DNA of 45,491 nt from Candidatus Peribacteria bacterium (GTDB lineage: Bacteria > Patescibacteriota > Gracilibacteria > Peribacterales > Peribacteraceae). Positions 16,326 to 23,984 of the stretch are shown piece after piece. The notes beneath the pieces were generated by a model. That model saw only the letters and a program-made list of their open reading frames with translations. It was not told where the DNA came from and made no database searches. Every line of letters starts with the position of its first letter. The stretch's first letter is position 1. The position numbers and the translations under genes were made by a program. Where the stretch lies: NCBI GenBank assembly GCA_009691305.1, contig SICS01000001.1:1-45491 (forward strand), written 5' to 3'.

Positions 16326-16331
16326 AGTATA
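16326..16331 (-). promoter_or_regulatory. -10-like box TATACT, 7 nt upstream of the neuB ATG
   Basis: The complement of AGTATA at 16326-16331 is TATACT. It lies in the 60-bp divergent region between neuB and the hisF-like gene. Confidence 0.4.
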
Positions 16332-16378
16332 GCAAAATCTGGGTGCGCGAAGCCGCAAAATCGGCTTCAATACCAGCA

Positions 16379-17164
16379 ATGAAGCCCCGGATCATCGCAC
16401 GGCTGGACATCAAAGGCCCCAACGTCGTGAAGGGCATCCACACGGAAGGCCTGCGCGTGATCGGCAAACCCTCGGACCTGGCACGGAAGTACTACCAACA
16501 GGGCGCTGACGAGCTGGTGGTGATGGATATCGTTGCGAGCTTGTACGGACGGAGCCCGGATTTTGATTTGATGCGATCGGTGGCCGATGAGCTCTTCATC
16601 CCCCTCACGATGGGCGGCGGCATCCAGTCGGTGCAGGACATCAATAACTTCCTCCGCGCGGGTGCAGACAAAGTTGCAATCAACACCTACGCGACCAGGC
16701 ACCCCGAGTTGATCAGCGAAGCGGTGAAACAGTTCGGCTCGCAGTGCATCGTGCTCTCGGTGGAGGCGAAACGTACGGGCTCGGGTCCGGGCTCGGGTCC
16801 GGTACGATGGGAAGCGTATACGGACGGAGGACGTGAGCATTCGGGGCTTGATGCTATCGAGTGGATCAAAAAAGCGCTCGACCTGGGTGTGGGCGAAGTG
16901 CTGCTGACATCCGTGGACTTCGACGGCACGCGCAAAGGATTCGACATGGAACTCCTCGCAGCCGTCGCGGCATTCGCACAGGTGCCGCTGGTCATCCACG
17001 GCGGCGCAAAGGACCCGAAGTCACTGACGCAGGCGCTGAAGGACGGCCATGCCGATGCGGTCTGCTGCGCCTCGATCCTCCACTACGACGAGTGGACAGT
17101 GGAGAACCTCAAGAAAGGACTCGAAGCCGATGGCATCCCTACCCGACACGTTCCTAGCCCCTAA
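16379..17164 (+). CDS. hisF: HisF-like cyclase subunit of the glycan-cluster type (WbuZ-like), set 1
   Basis: IIARLDIKG..VVKG..ADELVVMDI..PLTMGGGI..GADKVAINT..LLTSVDFDGTRKGFD. It is paired with a HisH-like gene and a PP-loop amidotransferase. The ORF-track N-terminal extension is antisense to neuB. Confidence 0.85.
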   Translation: MKPRIIARLDIKGPNVVKGIHTEGLRVIGKPSDLARKYYQQGADELVVMDIVASLYGRSPDFDLMRSVADELFIPLTMGGGIQSVQDINNFLRAGADKVAINTYATRHPELISEAVKQFGSQCIVLSVEAKRTGSGPGSGPVRWEAYTDGGREHSGLDAIEWIKKALDLGVGEVLLTSVDFDGTRKGFDMELLAAVAAFAQVPLVIHGGAKDPKSLTQALKDGHADAVCCASILHYDEWTVENLKKGLEADGIPTRHVPSP

Positions 17165-17170
17165 AACCTG

Positions 17171-17216
17171 GGGGCAGGCATACCTGCCTGCCAGCGGGCA
17201 AGTATGCCCGCTCCCA
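17171..17216. repeat. Twin-hairpin dispersed repeat, copy B (intercistronic, between the hisF-like and hisH-like genes)
   Basis: GGGGCAGGCATACCTGCCTGCCAGCGGGCAAGTATGCCCGCTC. Confidence 0.8.
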
Positions 17217-17240
17217 AGTATCAAGTTACTTCTCCTCCCT

Positions 17241-17885
17241 ATGAGTTCAATCGTCATCATCGATTACGGCGTCGGCAACATCCACAGCGCGATGAAGGGC
17301 CTGAAGCGCTTTGCTTCTGACGTCGTGCTGAGCGAAGACCCGGCAGTGATCCGCGCCGCGTCAGCACTTGTCCTCCCGGGACAGGGAGCCTTTGAAGCGG
17401 GCATGGAAGGTCTGCGCAAACGCGGGCTGATCGACGAAGTGAAGAACGCAGGAAAATCTGGCAAACCCATCCTCGGCATCTGCCTGGGAGCTCAGCTCCT
17501 CCTCGAGCGCGGCCACGAGTTCGGCGACTGGGAAGGTCTGGGGTTCATGCAAGGCGAAGTCGTCCGCTTTCCTGCCCTGAAGAACGAGAAAACGCCGCAT
17601 ATGGGATGGAACTCCATCCATACCCCAGCAGCAGGTCTTCGACCTGCGGGATGGAAAGGCACCCCCCTCGAAGGATTGAAGGAAGGCTCCGAGATGTACT
17701 TCATCCACTCCTATATTCTGCAACCCAAGAACCCCGAGCACGTGATCGCAGAGACGACCTACGGCGGACTCACGTTCCCCTCCGTTATCGGCACCGGCAA
17801 CATCATCGGTTGCCAGTTCCATCCCGAGAAGAGTGGGGAGACGGGGCTCCAAATACTCAAGCAATTCGTCGAAATGGCTGCCTGA
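17241..17885 (+). CDS. hisH: HisH-like glutamine amidotransferase subunit (WbuY-like), set 1
   Basis: IVIIDYGVGNIHS..ALVLPGQGAF..ILGICLGAQLL (catalytic Cys)..PHMGWN..FHPEKS. Confidence 0.85.
   Translation: MSSIVIIDYGVGNIHSAMKGLKRFASDVVLSEDPAVIRAASALVLPGQGAFEAGMEGLRKRGLIDEVKNAGKSGKPILGICLGAQLLLERGHEFGDWEGLGFMQGEVVRFPALKNEKTPHMGWNSIHTPAAGLRPAGWKGTPLEGLKEGSEMYFIHSYILQPKNPEHVIAETTYGGLTFPSVIGTGNIIGCQFHPEKSGETGLQILKQFVEMAA
17631..17649 (+). repeat. REP hairpin core (GCAGGTCTTCGACCTGCGG) embedded in-frame inside the hisH-like CDS
   Basis: It is a 19/19 match to the tandem-array REP core and encodes the AGLRPAG part of PAAGLRPAGW. Confidence 0.65.
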
Positions 17886-17906
17886 AGAATGTGTTATCCT
17901 CGAGCC

Positions 17907-19136
17907 ATGAACGTACCAGCCTATGGTTTGCCGACAGACGTGAAATTCTGCAAAGAATGTGTGATGCCCAGCACGCGGCCAAGTTCGACGAACGAGTACC
18001 AGCACCACACCAGGCACAAGCATAAGTACTTGGAGTTCGGCGAGGATGGCGTGTGCTCGGCGTGCAAATTCTGCAAAGCGAAGTTTGACGGGCGCATCGA
18101 CTGGAACAAGCGCGAGCAGGAACTGAAGGACTTGCTGGATAAATATCGCAGCAAGGACGGCAAGTACGACATCCTCGTCCCTGGGAGCGGCGGCAAGGAC
18201 AGCGCGTACGCCAGCCACGTGCTCAAGTACAAATACGGCATGCACCCGCTGACGGTCACGTGGTCCCCGCACTTGTACACGGACATCGGCTGGCACAACT
18301 TCGAGAACTGGATCCACGTGGGCGGGTTCGACAACTACCTCTTCACGCCCAACGGGAAGATCCACCGCATGATGACGCGCAATGCGTTCCTGAACCTCCT
18401 CCACCCGTTCCAGCCCTTCATCATCGGGCAGAAGACGTTCGCGGTGAAGATGGCAGTGAAGTTCGGCATCCCGCTGATCTTCTACGGCGAGAACCCTGGG
18501 GAGTTCGGCGCCAATGTGAGCATCGACCAGAACAAATTCACCAGCGACCCGCGCGAGAACGAGGGCTACCGGTTGCAGTACGTGACCGGCAAGAACTTGA
18601 ATGAGGTGTACCTGGGTGGAACCCCGGTGCAGCAATATTTGGATGAAGGCATCGCTCTCGGGGACCTGGACCCGTACTTCCCCGCCAATCCCGAGGACGT
18701 GGAGAAGTTGAAACTCGAGTTCCACTACCTCGGCTACTACCTGAACTGGCACCCGCACAACACGTACTACTACGCCGCAGAGCACACGGGTTTCCAGGCG
18801 GCACCGGAACGCACGCCCGGCACCTACAGCAAGTACAACAGCTTGGACGACCGCATCGATGACTTCTTCTACTACACGACGTTCATCAAGTTCGGGTACG
18901 GCCGCACCACGCACGATGCCGCATACGAGATCCGCCACGACATCATCACGCGCGACGAAGGCGTGGCGCTCGTGAAGCGCTTCGACGGCGAGTTCCCCAA
19001 GCGCCACTTCAAGGATTTCCTGGAGTACACCAGCCTGACGGAGGAAAAGTTCTGGGAGACGGTGGATACCTTCCGCGACCCGAGCATTTGGACCAAGGAG
19101 AATGGCGAGTGGAAGCTGCGGTATCAGGTATCCTGA
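17907..19136 (+). CDS. N-acetyl sugar amidotransferase (PP-loop ATPase; WbuX/PseA/WbpG-like), set 1
   Basis: FCKECVMPSTRP..CSAC is the Cys cluster and ILVPGSGGKDS is the PP-loop SGGxDS. The start at the ATG at 17907 (TATCCT-N6) aligns with the paralog N-terminus. The ORF-track start is 17889. Confidence 0.85.
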   Translation: MNVPAYGLPTDVKFCKECVMPSTRPSSTNEYQHHTRHKHKYLEFGEDGVCSACKFCKAKFDGRIDWNKREQELKDLLDKYRSKDGKYDILVPGSGGKDSAYASHVLKYKYGMHPLTVTWSPHLYTDIGWHNFENWIHVGGFDNYLFTPNGKIHRMMTRNAFLNLLHPFQPFIIGQKTFAVKMAVKFGIPLIFYGENPGEFGANVSIDQNKFTSDPRENEGYRLQYVTGKNLNEVYLGGTPVQQYLDEGIALGDLDPYFPANPEDVEKLKLEFHYLGYYLNWHPHNTYYYAAEHTGFQAAPERTPGTYSKYNSLDDRIDDFFYYTTFIKFGYGRTTHDAAYEIRHDIITRDEGVALVKRFDGEFPKRHFKDFLEYTSLTEEKFWETVDTFRDPSIWTKENGEWKLRYQVS

Positions 19137-19142
19137 TCCCCA

Positions 19143-20576
19143 ATGCCCCTCTCTTCCCCGGAGTACCTGCTGTGCTTCCTCCCGATCATCGTCGCGGTGA
19201 CGGTGCTCTTTCGGCGCAGCGGCCATCTCCGAGCCGCGATGCAATGGCTGGTGTTGGCTTCCCTCTTCTTCTACGGCTACGCGCGCCCAGTCGCATTGAT
19301 AATCCTGTTCGCATCGGTCATCTTCAATTACTTCTGTGGGACGCAGATCACGAAGAAGCAAAAAAGCTGGTTGGCCGTCGGGATTATTGGGAACTTGCTG
19401 CTGCTTGGGACCTTTAAGTACGCCACGTTCTTCGCCGGGATGATCGGGGTGCAGGAGAAATTACCGTCGCTCGTTCTGCCGCTCGCCATTTCGTTCTACA
19501 CGTTCACGCAGATCGCGTACCTGGTCGATGCATCTCGAGGAAATGCAAAGGCTCACTCCTTCGTCGATTACCTTCTCTTCGTCACCTTCTTCCCGAACCT
19601 CCTCGCGGGGCCGATTGCCCGGCACAGCGAACTCGCGCCGCAGTTCACCAAAAAGCCATCGCCCGGCGTCAGCCCGGACCTCGCGATTGGCATGACGATG
19701 CTGATCATCGGGCTCTTTAAGAAGGTGGTGATTGCGGACACGATCGCCACATACGCAAACCTCGTCTTCAACGGGGCTACATCAGGGATGGTGCCGACCT
19801 TTGCGGAAGCATGGATCGGGGCGCTCGCGTACACGATGCAGCTGTACTTCGACTTCTCCGGCTATAGCGACATGGCGATCGGGTCGGCGAGGATGATGGG
19901 CTTCGTGTTGCCCGTGAACTTCAATGCGCCGTACCGCTCGCTCTCCATCCGCGAGTTCTGGAAGCGCTGGCACATGACGCTCTCACGGTTCATCCAGGAG
20001 TATCTCTACATTCCGCTCGGCGGGAGCCGGAAAGGAGAGGTGCGGACATTGGTGAACCTGCTCGTGACGATGCTCCTCGCAGGTCTGTGGCACGGCGCGG
20101 GTTGGACCTTCGTGATCTGGGGCGGTCTGCACGGGGTGTATCTCGTGATCAACCGAATCTGGACGAAAATGGGAATGAAACTGAACGGGATCCTTGCCCT
20201 CCCGCTAACGTTGCTTTCGATCGTCGTCGGCTGGGTGTTCTTCCGCGCTGATTCCCTGACGACAGCGATGACGATGCTGCAGAGCATGGCGGGACTCAAT
20301 GGCATGCATTGGACGTTGACGGGAAGTTCCCTCGCGACGCCACTCGTGTGGTGGCGCGCGGGGCAGATGCTGATCGCGTTGGCAGTGCTCGTGATGGTGG
20401 CCCCCACCACGCAAGCGTTCCTCGGCATCGATGACGCCAAGCCCGATGGGTCCGTGCTGCAGATCCGCTGGAAACCGACCGTCCTGTTCGCACTCTGTTC
20501 GATGATCCTCGCAGTGACCTCCATCACCACCCTCTTCCTTTCCCAGGAACATGTCTTCCTCTACTTCCAATTCTGA
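19143..20576 (+). CDS. MBOAT-family membrane O-acyltransferase (AlgI/DltB-like)
   Basis: FYTFTQIAYLVD..FPNLLAGPI..YFDFSGYSDMAIG..FWKRWHMTLSRF..GLWHGAGW contains the conserved His. Confidence 0.9.
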   Translation: MPLSSPEYLLCFLPIIVAVTVLFRRSGHLRAAMQWLVLASLFFYGYARPVALIILFASVIFNYFCGTQITKKQKSWLAVGIIGNLLLLGTFKYATFFAGMIGVQEKLPSLVLPLAISFYTFTQIAYLVDASRGNAKAHSFVDYLLFVTFFPNLLAGPIARHSELAPQFTKKPSPGVSPDLAIGMTMLIIGLFKKVVIADTIATYANLVFNGATSGMVPTFAEAWIGALAYTMQLYFDFSGYSDMAIGSARMMGFVLPVNFNAPYRSLSIREFWKRWHMTLSRFIQEYLYIPLGGSRKGEVRTLVNLLVTMLLAGLWHGAGWTFVIWGGLHGVYLVINRIWTKMGMKLNGILALPLTLLSIVVGWVFFRADSLTTAMTMLQSMAGLNGMHWTLTGSSLATPLVWWRAGQMLIALAVLVMVAPTTQAFLGIDDAKPDGSVLQIRWKPTVLFALCSMILAVTSITTLFLSQEHVFLYFQF

Positions 20577-21750
20577 CCACTGGCGGTATCTCTTCTTCCT
20601 CGCACTCTTCAGTGCGCCAGTCGTAGTATTGCTCGCGCTCAACTTCCTCTTCCTGCGGAACAGCGGTGAGCTTCTGCCAGTCGAGACGATCGTCTCGCGG
20701 CAGATGAAGGATCCGCGGTTCTGCATCTACGGTGATGCGCTGCGCAGCCTCACGTATCCGTACAAGATGGAGGCGTACAACCGGAAGAAACCGACCGTCG
20801 TCGTGATCGGATCGTCACGCATGCTCCAATTCCGCGAGCGGTTCTTTGCCGAACCGTTCTACAACTTCGGCAGTGCGATGACAAACGTGAATGAGGGGAT
20901 GGATTTGGTCGATGGGATCCTGAGGAGCCCGACGAAGCCGGAGACCGTGATCCTCGGCATCGATTTCTGGTGGTTCAACGGGAAGTTCGTCCCTCCAGTC
21001 GCGTATCGACCCACCCCGAAGCCCGTCTCACAGTTCAATGGCTACTTCCTGTTCAAGCCGTTCCAGTGGCTCTGGCAGGGGAAGATCACGCTGGGCGACT
21101 ATGTGCGGACAGTGTTGGGCAAGGATGATGAGAAATACTGCAACATCGGGATCGCCGCGATCAAGAACCGCACGGGCTTCGGCCCCGACGGATCGCACTA
21201 CTACGACGTCGCGACGATGAAGACTGTATCGACACCCGGGACCGACGCGTTTGGGGAAGTCCCTGACGTGATCGCAGACCAGGGAAGGTTCGGCTCCGTA
21301 CAAGAGGCAGATGCGACGCATAAGGAAACCTTCTTCCGGCTGGTCGACCGGCTCCAAGACGCCGGCATTGAGGTGGTCGCCCTCTTCCCGCCCTTCCCTC
21401 CCCCGATCTACGCCGCGATGAAGGCCGACCTCTCTCGCTACGCGGTGTTCGAGGAGATCAAACAGGAACTGATCGCCGACCATGTGCTCACGCTCGACCT
21501 GACAAACCCCGCAAACATCACATCCTCTGCCTGTGAGTTCCTCGATAGCGTGCACGGCGGCGATGTGACGGCCGCGCGCATCCTCCAGCGCCTCGACCAA
21601 CTGCGCCGCACGCTGCGGATGCCCCGACTCGGCAATGCGACCGTGCTGCAGCAGACAATTGAGAAGAACGTTGGGCGGTCAATGGCACGAGACGCGCGGG
21701 TGACGGACACACCGGAGGTGGATTTCCTGAATCTGGGGTGTGAGAAATAA
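20551..21750 (+). CDS. DltD/AlgX-like membrane-anchored partner of the MBOAT (putative extracytoplasmic O-acyl transfer protein)
   Basis: It has an N-terminal TM segment. VVVIGSSRM and ILGIDFWWFNGK resemble the DltD GSSE and SPQWF motifs. It overlaps the MBOAT gene by 26 nt. Confidence 0.45.
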   Translation: MSSSTSNSDHWRYLFFLALFSAPVVVLLALNFLFLRNSGELLPVETIVSRQMKDPRFCIYGDALRSLTYPYKMEAYNRKKPTVVVIGSSRMLQFRERFFAEPFYNFGSAMTNVNEGMDLVDGILRSPTKPETVILGIDFWWFNGKFVPPVAYRPTPKPVSQFNGYFLFKPFQWLWQGKITLGDYVRTVLGKDDEKYCNIGIAAIKNRTGFGPDGSHYYDVATMKTVSTPGTDAFGEVPDVIADQGRFGSVQEADATHKETFFRLVDRLQDAGIEVVALFPPFPPPIYAAMKADLSRYAVFEEIKQELIADHVLTLDLTNPANITSSACEFLDSVHGGDVTAARILQRLDQLRRTLRMPRLGNATVLQQTIEKNVGRSMARDARVTDTPEVDFLNLGCEK

Positions 21751-21753
21751 ACC

Positions 21754-21947
21754 TAGCCGCGGGTCTTCGACCTGCGGTGGGATTAATTGCGTTCATAGCC
21801 GCAGGTCTTCGACCTGCGGTGGGATTGATTATGCACTTAGCCGCGTGTCTTCGATCTGCGGTGGGATTGATTATGCACTTAGCCGCAGGTCTTCGACCTG
21901 CGGTGGGATTGATTATGCACTTAGCCGCAGGTCTTCGACCTGCGGTG
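21754..21947 (+). repeat. Head-to-tail tandem array, about 4.6 copies of a 42-bp unit, each carrying a REP hairpin
   Basis: The unit is TAGCCGCAGGTCTTCGACCTGCGGTGGGATTGATTATGCACT, with units starting at 21754, 21796, 21838, 21880 and 21922 (partial). Copies 1 and 3 are slightly degenerate. Confidence 0.9.
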
Positions 21948-22388
21948 TGCCTCTATCCAAGGAATATCGCTGATATCCCATTTTCCACATGCAGAAGACC
22001 ACGGATAATCATGTGCAACTTCAGAAATCCCTGCACGAACTGGATTCACATGAATGTATTCTTGAGCTGCAGGGATGTCATCGATAACCCTAGAATGAAA
22101 TCGTTTTTGCCACAGTGGAGCAATCCCCATTTGAAATGATAAACCCATCTTGTAGAGGCGCACGACATTTGAGACTATTTCAGGTTCGGGGACATGCAGC
22201 AGAAGATGAACATGATCAGGCATGACCACGAATCCATAGAGGAAGAATGGTTTATGCTCTTGAACACGATAGATCTGGAAGACTGCTTCCTGTGCAAAAG
22301 CAGGATTTTGAAAATGGGGGATGCGATGATGGGTGATGCTGGTTATCAGCAGCGTCTGGTTACTCTGAATGAAATGCCTTTGGGTCAT
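21921..22388 (-). CDS. REP-associated tyrosine transposase (RAYT; IS200-like Y1 HUH transposase)
   Basis: FVVMPDHVHLLL is the HUH motif and AQEYIHVNPVRAG..YPWSS carries the catalytic Tyr. The protein is 155 aa. Its C-terminus and stop lie inside the last REP unit. Confidence 0.85.
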   Translation of the reverse strand: MTQRHFIQSNQTLLITSITHHRIPHFQNPAFAQEAVFQIYRVQEHKPFFLYGFVVMPDHVHLLLHVPEPEIVSNVVRLYKMGLSFQMGIAPLWQKRFHSRVIDDIPAAQEYIHVNPVRAGISEVAHDYPWSSACGKWDISDIPWIEAHRRSKTCG

Positions 22389-22510
22389 GGCAACATCATC
22401 TGTGACTGAAAAAGAAAACCAAGGGGCATCAATAAGATAAAAATTGGGATTGTCGTTTTTTGTTTTATAGATGCGCTAAAATCAGTTCCATAGGGTCGTG
22501 GAACATACCC

Positions 22511-22530
22511 GTGAATATGGACATATTCAC
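22511..22530. other. 8-bp-stem hairpin GTGAATAT-GGAC-ATATTCAC next to the inverted REP
   Basis: Read directly. Confidence 0.5.
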
Positions 22531-22539
22531 GATCAGGGA

Positions 22540-22563
22540 CCGCAGGTCGAAGACCTGCGGCTA
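22540..22563 (-). repeat. Single REP in inverted orientation flanking the RAYT
   Basis: CCGCAGGTCGAAGACCTGCGGCTA is the reverse complement of TAGCCGCAGGTCTTCGACCTGCGG. A partial extra copy, GCCTGCGGCTAAG, lies at 22586-22598. Confidence 0.85.
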
Positions 22564-22611
22564 TTAAACTCTGAAGCATGCCGAATGCCTGCGGCTAAGA
22601 AATAATGGACA

Positions 22612-23370
22612 TCACAACCTCACCGGAAACCCATGCTCCCTCAGATACTGCTTCGCCTCCAGCGGTGTCTGCTGTGTGAAGTGGTATATGCTCGCGGCGG
22701 CTAAAGCTGAAGCTTTACTACCGGAAAGAACATCGACCATGTGTTGGTAATTGCCCGCTCCCCCCGCAGCAATGACGGGGATATTGACCGCTTCGCTGAC
22801 CAACCGCGTGAGTTCAACGTCGTAACCTTCCATGGTGCCGTCGCGCTCAATGGAGGTGATGAGGATCTCTCCTGCCCCGCGTGCTTCGGCGTCCTTTGCG
22901 ACACTCACGGGATCTTTGCCGGTCGCCGTCTTCCCGCTGTGGGAGAAACATTCGTAGCCCGATGATGTTTTGCGGGCATCAATGGACGCGACCACGCATT
23001 GGGAACCGAAGGCACTCGCGATCTGGTTCACGAGGTCCGGGATTTCGTAGAGCGCGGAGTTCAATGCGATCTTGTCGGCGCCCACTTGGAGAAGTGTACG
23101 GACATCCTCGACCGTTCGGATGCCGCCTCCCACCGTGAGCGGCATAAAACATTCATCGGCGAGGTCGTCGATGAGCTGGAAGTCAGTCGAACGCTTCTCG
23201 GCAGTCGCGCGGATATCGAGGAAGATGAGCTCATCGACCTCGCGCATGTTGTAGACCTTCACGGCCTGCATCGGGCTGCCGACGGGGCGCCATGAGTCGA
23301 ACCCTTTGCCCTTCACGAGCTGGGTATCGCGGTACAGGAGCGTCGGGATGATGCGGATCTTGTGAGACAT
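22612..23370 (-). CDS. hisF: HisF-like cyclase subunit (WbuZ-like), set 2
   Basis: RIIPTLLY..LVKG..VDELIFLDI..PLTVGGGI..GADKIALNS..LITSIERDGTMEGYD. Confidence 0.85.
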   Translation of the reverse strand: MSHKIRIIPTLLYRDTQLVKGKGFDSWRPVGSPMQAVKVYNMREVDELIFLDIRATAEKRSTDFQLIDDLADECFMPLTVGGGIRTVEDVRTLLQVGADKIALNSALYEIPDLVNQIASAFGSQCVVASIDARKTSSGYECFSHSGKTATGKDPVSVAKDAEARGAGEILITSIERDGTMEGYDVELTRLVSEAVNIPVIAAGGAGNYQHMVDVLSGSKASALAAASIYHFTQQTPLEAKQYLREHGFPVRL

Positions 23371-23984
23371 CAGAGGGAGAGGAAATTTTTGAGCACGTGG
23401 AAGCCGAACTTCTGGCTTTTCTCGGGGTGGAACTGCGTCGCGTAGATGTTCCCGTGCTGCAGCGCAGCGCAGAAGCCGCCTGCATAGGCGCAGACGCCGA
23501 TGGCCTCAGACGGGTCGGCGGGGACAACGTGATAGCTGTGCACAAAGTAGAAATCTTTGTTCGAGGGGATGCCCGCGAAGAGTTTGGACTCGCGTGGGTA
23601 ACTGACCTCGTCCCATCCCACGTGCGGGATGCGTTCACCGGCCTGCGGTTCCAACTTGTGGACTTCGGCGTTGATGAACCCGAGGCCGGGTGTCTCTTCG
23701 CCTTCGAATCCCCTGGTCGCAAGCATCTGCATGCCCAGGCAAATCCCGAGCATCGGCATTTTCTTGTCGATGACCAACGATTTGAGTGCGACATCGAGCC
23801 CACGTGCGCGGATGTTGCGCATCGCGTCGGGGAATGCGCCCACACCGGGGAGGATGATGCGCCCTACGTCCTCCAAGTCCTTGGGATTATCGGTGATGAA
23901 CGAATCCGCGCCGCATTCCTGCACCGCCCGCGTGATCGAATCGATATTGCACAGCCCATGGTCGACGATGGCCACCCTCATCAC
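23370..23984 (-). CDS. hisH: HisH-like glutamine amidotransferase subunit (WbuY-like), set 2
   Basis: VAIVDHGLCNIDS..ILPGVGAF..MLGICLGMQML..PHVGWD..FHPEKS. Confidence 0.85.
   Translation of the reverse strand: MMRVAIVDHGLCNIDSITRAVQECGADSFITDNPKDLEDVGRIILPGVGAFPDAMRNIRARGLDVALKSLVIDKKMPMLGICLGMQMLATRGFEGEETPGLGFINAEVHKLEPQAGERIPHVGWDEVSYPRESKLFAGIPSNKDFYFVHSYHVVPADPSEAIGVCAYAGGFCAALQHGNIYATQFHPEKSQKFGFHVLKNFLSL

Larger units (their letters stand above)
21754..22563. mobile_element. RAYT-REP unit: REP tandem array + IS200-like tyrosine transposase + inverted REP
   Basis: See the component features. The interior is AT-richer than its flanks. Confidence 0.75.

Noticed and set aside
15674-16378. 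The N-terminal 235 codons of the listed 496-aa ORF 15674-17164.
   Set aside because: This part is antisense to neuB and has shadow-ORF composition. The HisF-like domain begins at the ATG at 16379 (MKPRIIARLDIKG).
16778-16801. An in-frame 12-bp tandem duplication, GGCTCGGGTCCG x2, giving GSGPGSGP inside the HisF-like set-1 gene. A similar 9-bp duplication gives WHLWHL at the GT2 C-terminus (about 43353-43370).
   Set aside because: These are small slippage-type duplications in loop or tail regions. The frames stay intact, and there is no evidence of functional significance.
16379-17885. Reading the hisF/hisH pairs (also 22612-23984) as histidine-biosynthesis genes.
   Set aside because: No other his genes are present. 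Both pairs are adjacent to PP-loop N-acetyl sugar amidotransferases inside a glycan locus, which is the WbuX/Y/Z-type arrangement. The two copies are diverged paralogs.
17361-19361. Very long antisense ORFs. Examples are 17361-19361 (666 aa), 26009-28228 (739 aa), 39246-40958 (570 aa), 1109-2590, 25243-26439, 114-1043, 9511-10602, 13373-14608 and 24176-25195.
   Set aside because: Each is fully overlapped on the opposite strand by a gene with strong, recognisable family motifs. Their translations are Arg/His/Val/Asp/Glu-rich and low in complexity, with no motifs. This is typical of stop-poor shadow frames in GC-rich DNA.
21754-21947. A regularly spaced 42-bp repeat array that could be mistaken for a CRISPR array.
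   Set aside because: The units are directly contiguous with no unique spacers. Each unit is a REP hairpin plus a conserved linker. The array abuts a RAYT transposase, and no cas genes are present.
21740-22139. Listed ORFs 21740-21973 and 21777-22139 (also 36126-36314 and 22385-22579), which have repetitive peptides such as SRRSSTCGGIDYAL.
   Set aside because: They are simply translations of the REP tandem array or REP clusters, or they run antisense to the RAYT gene.
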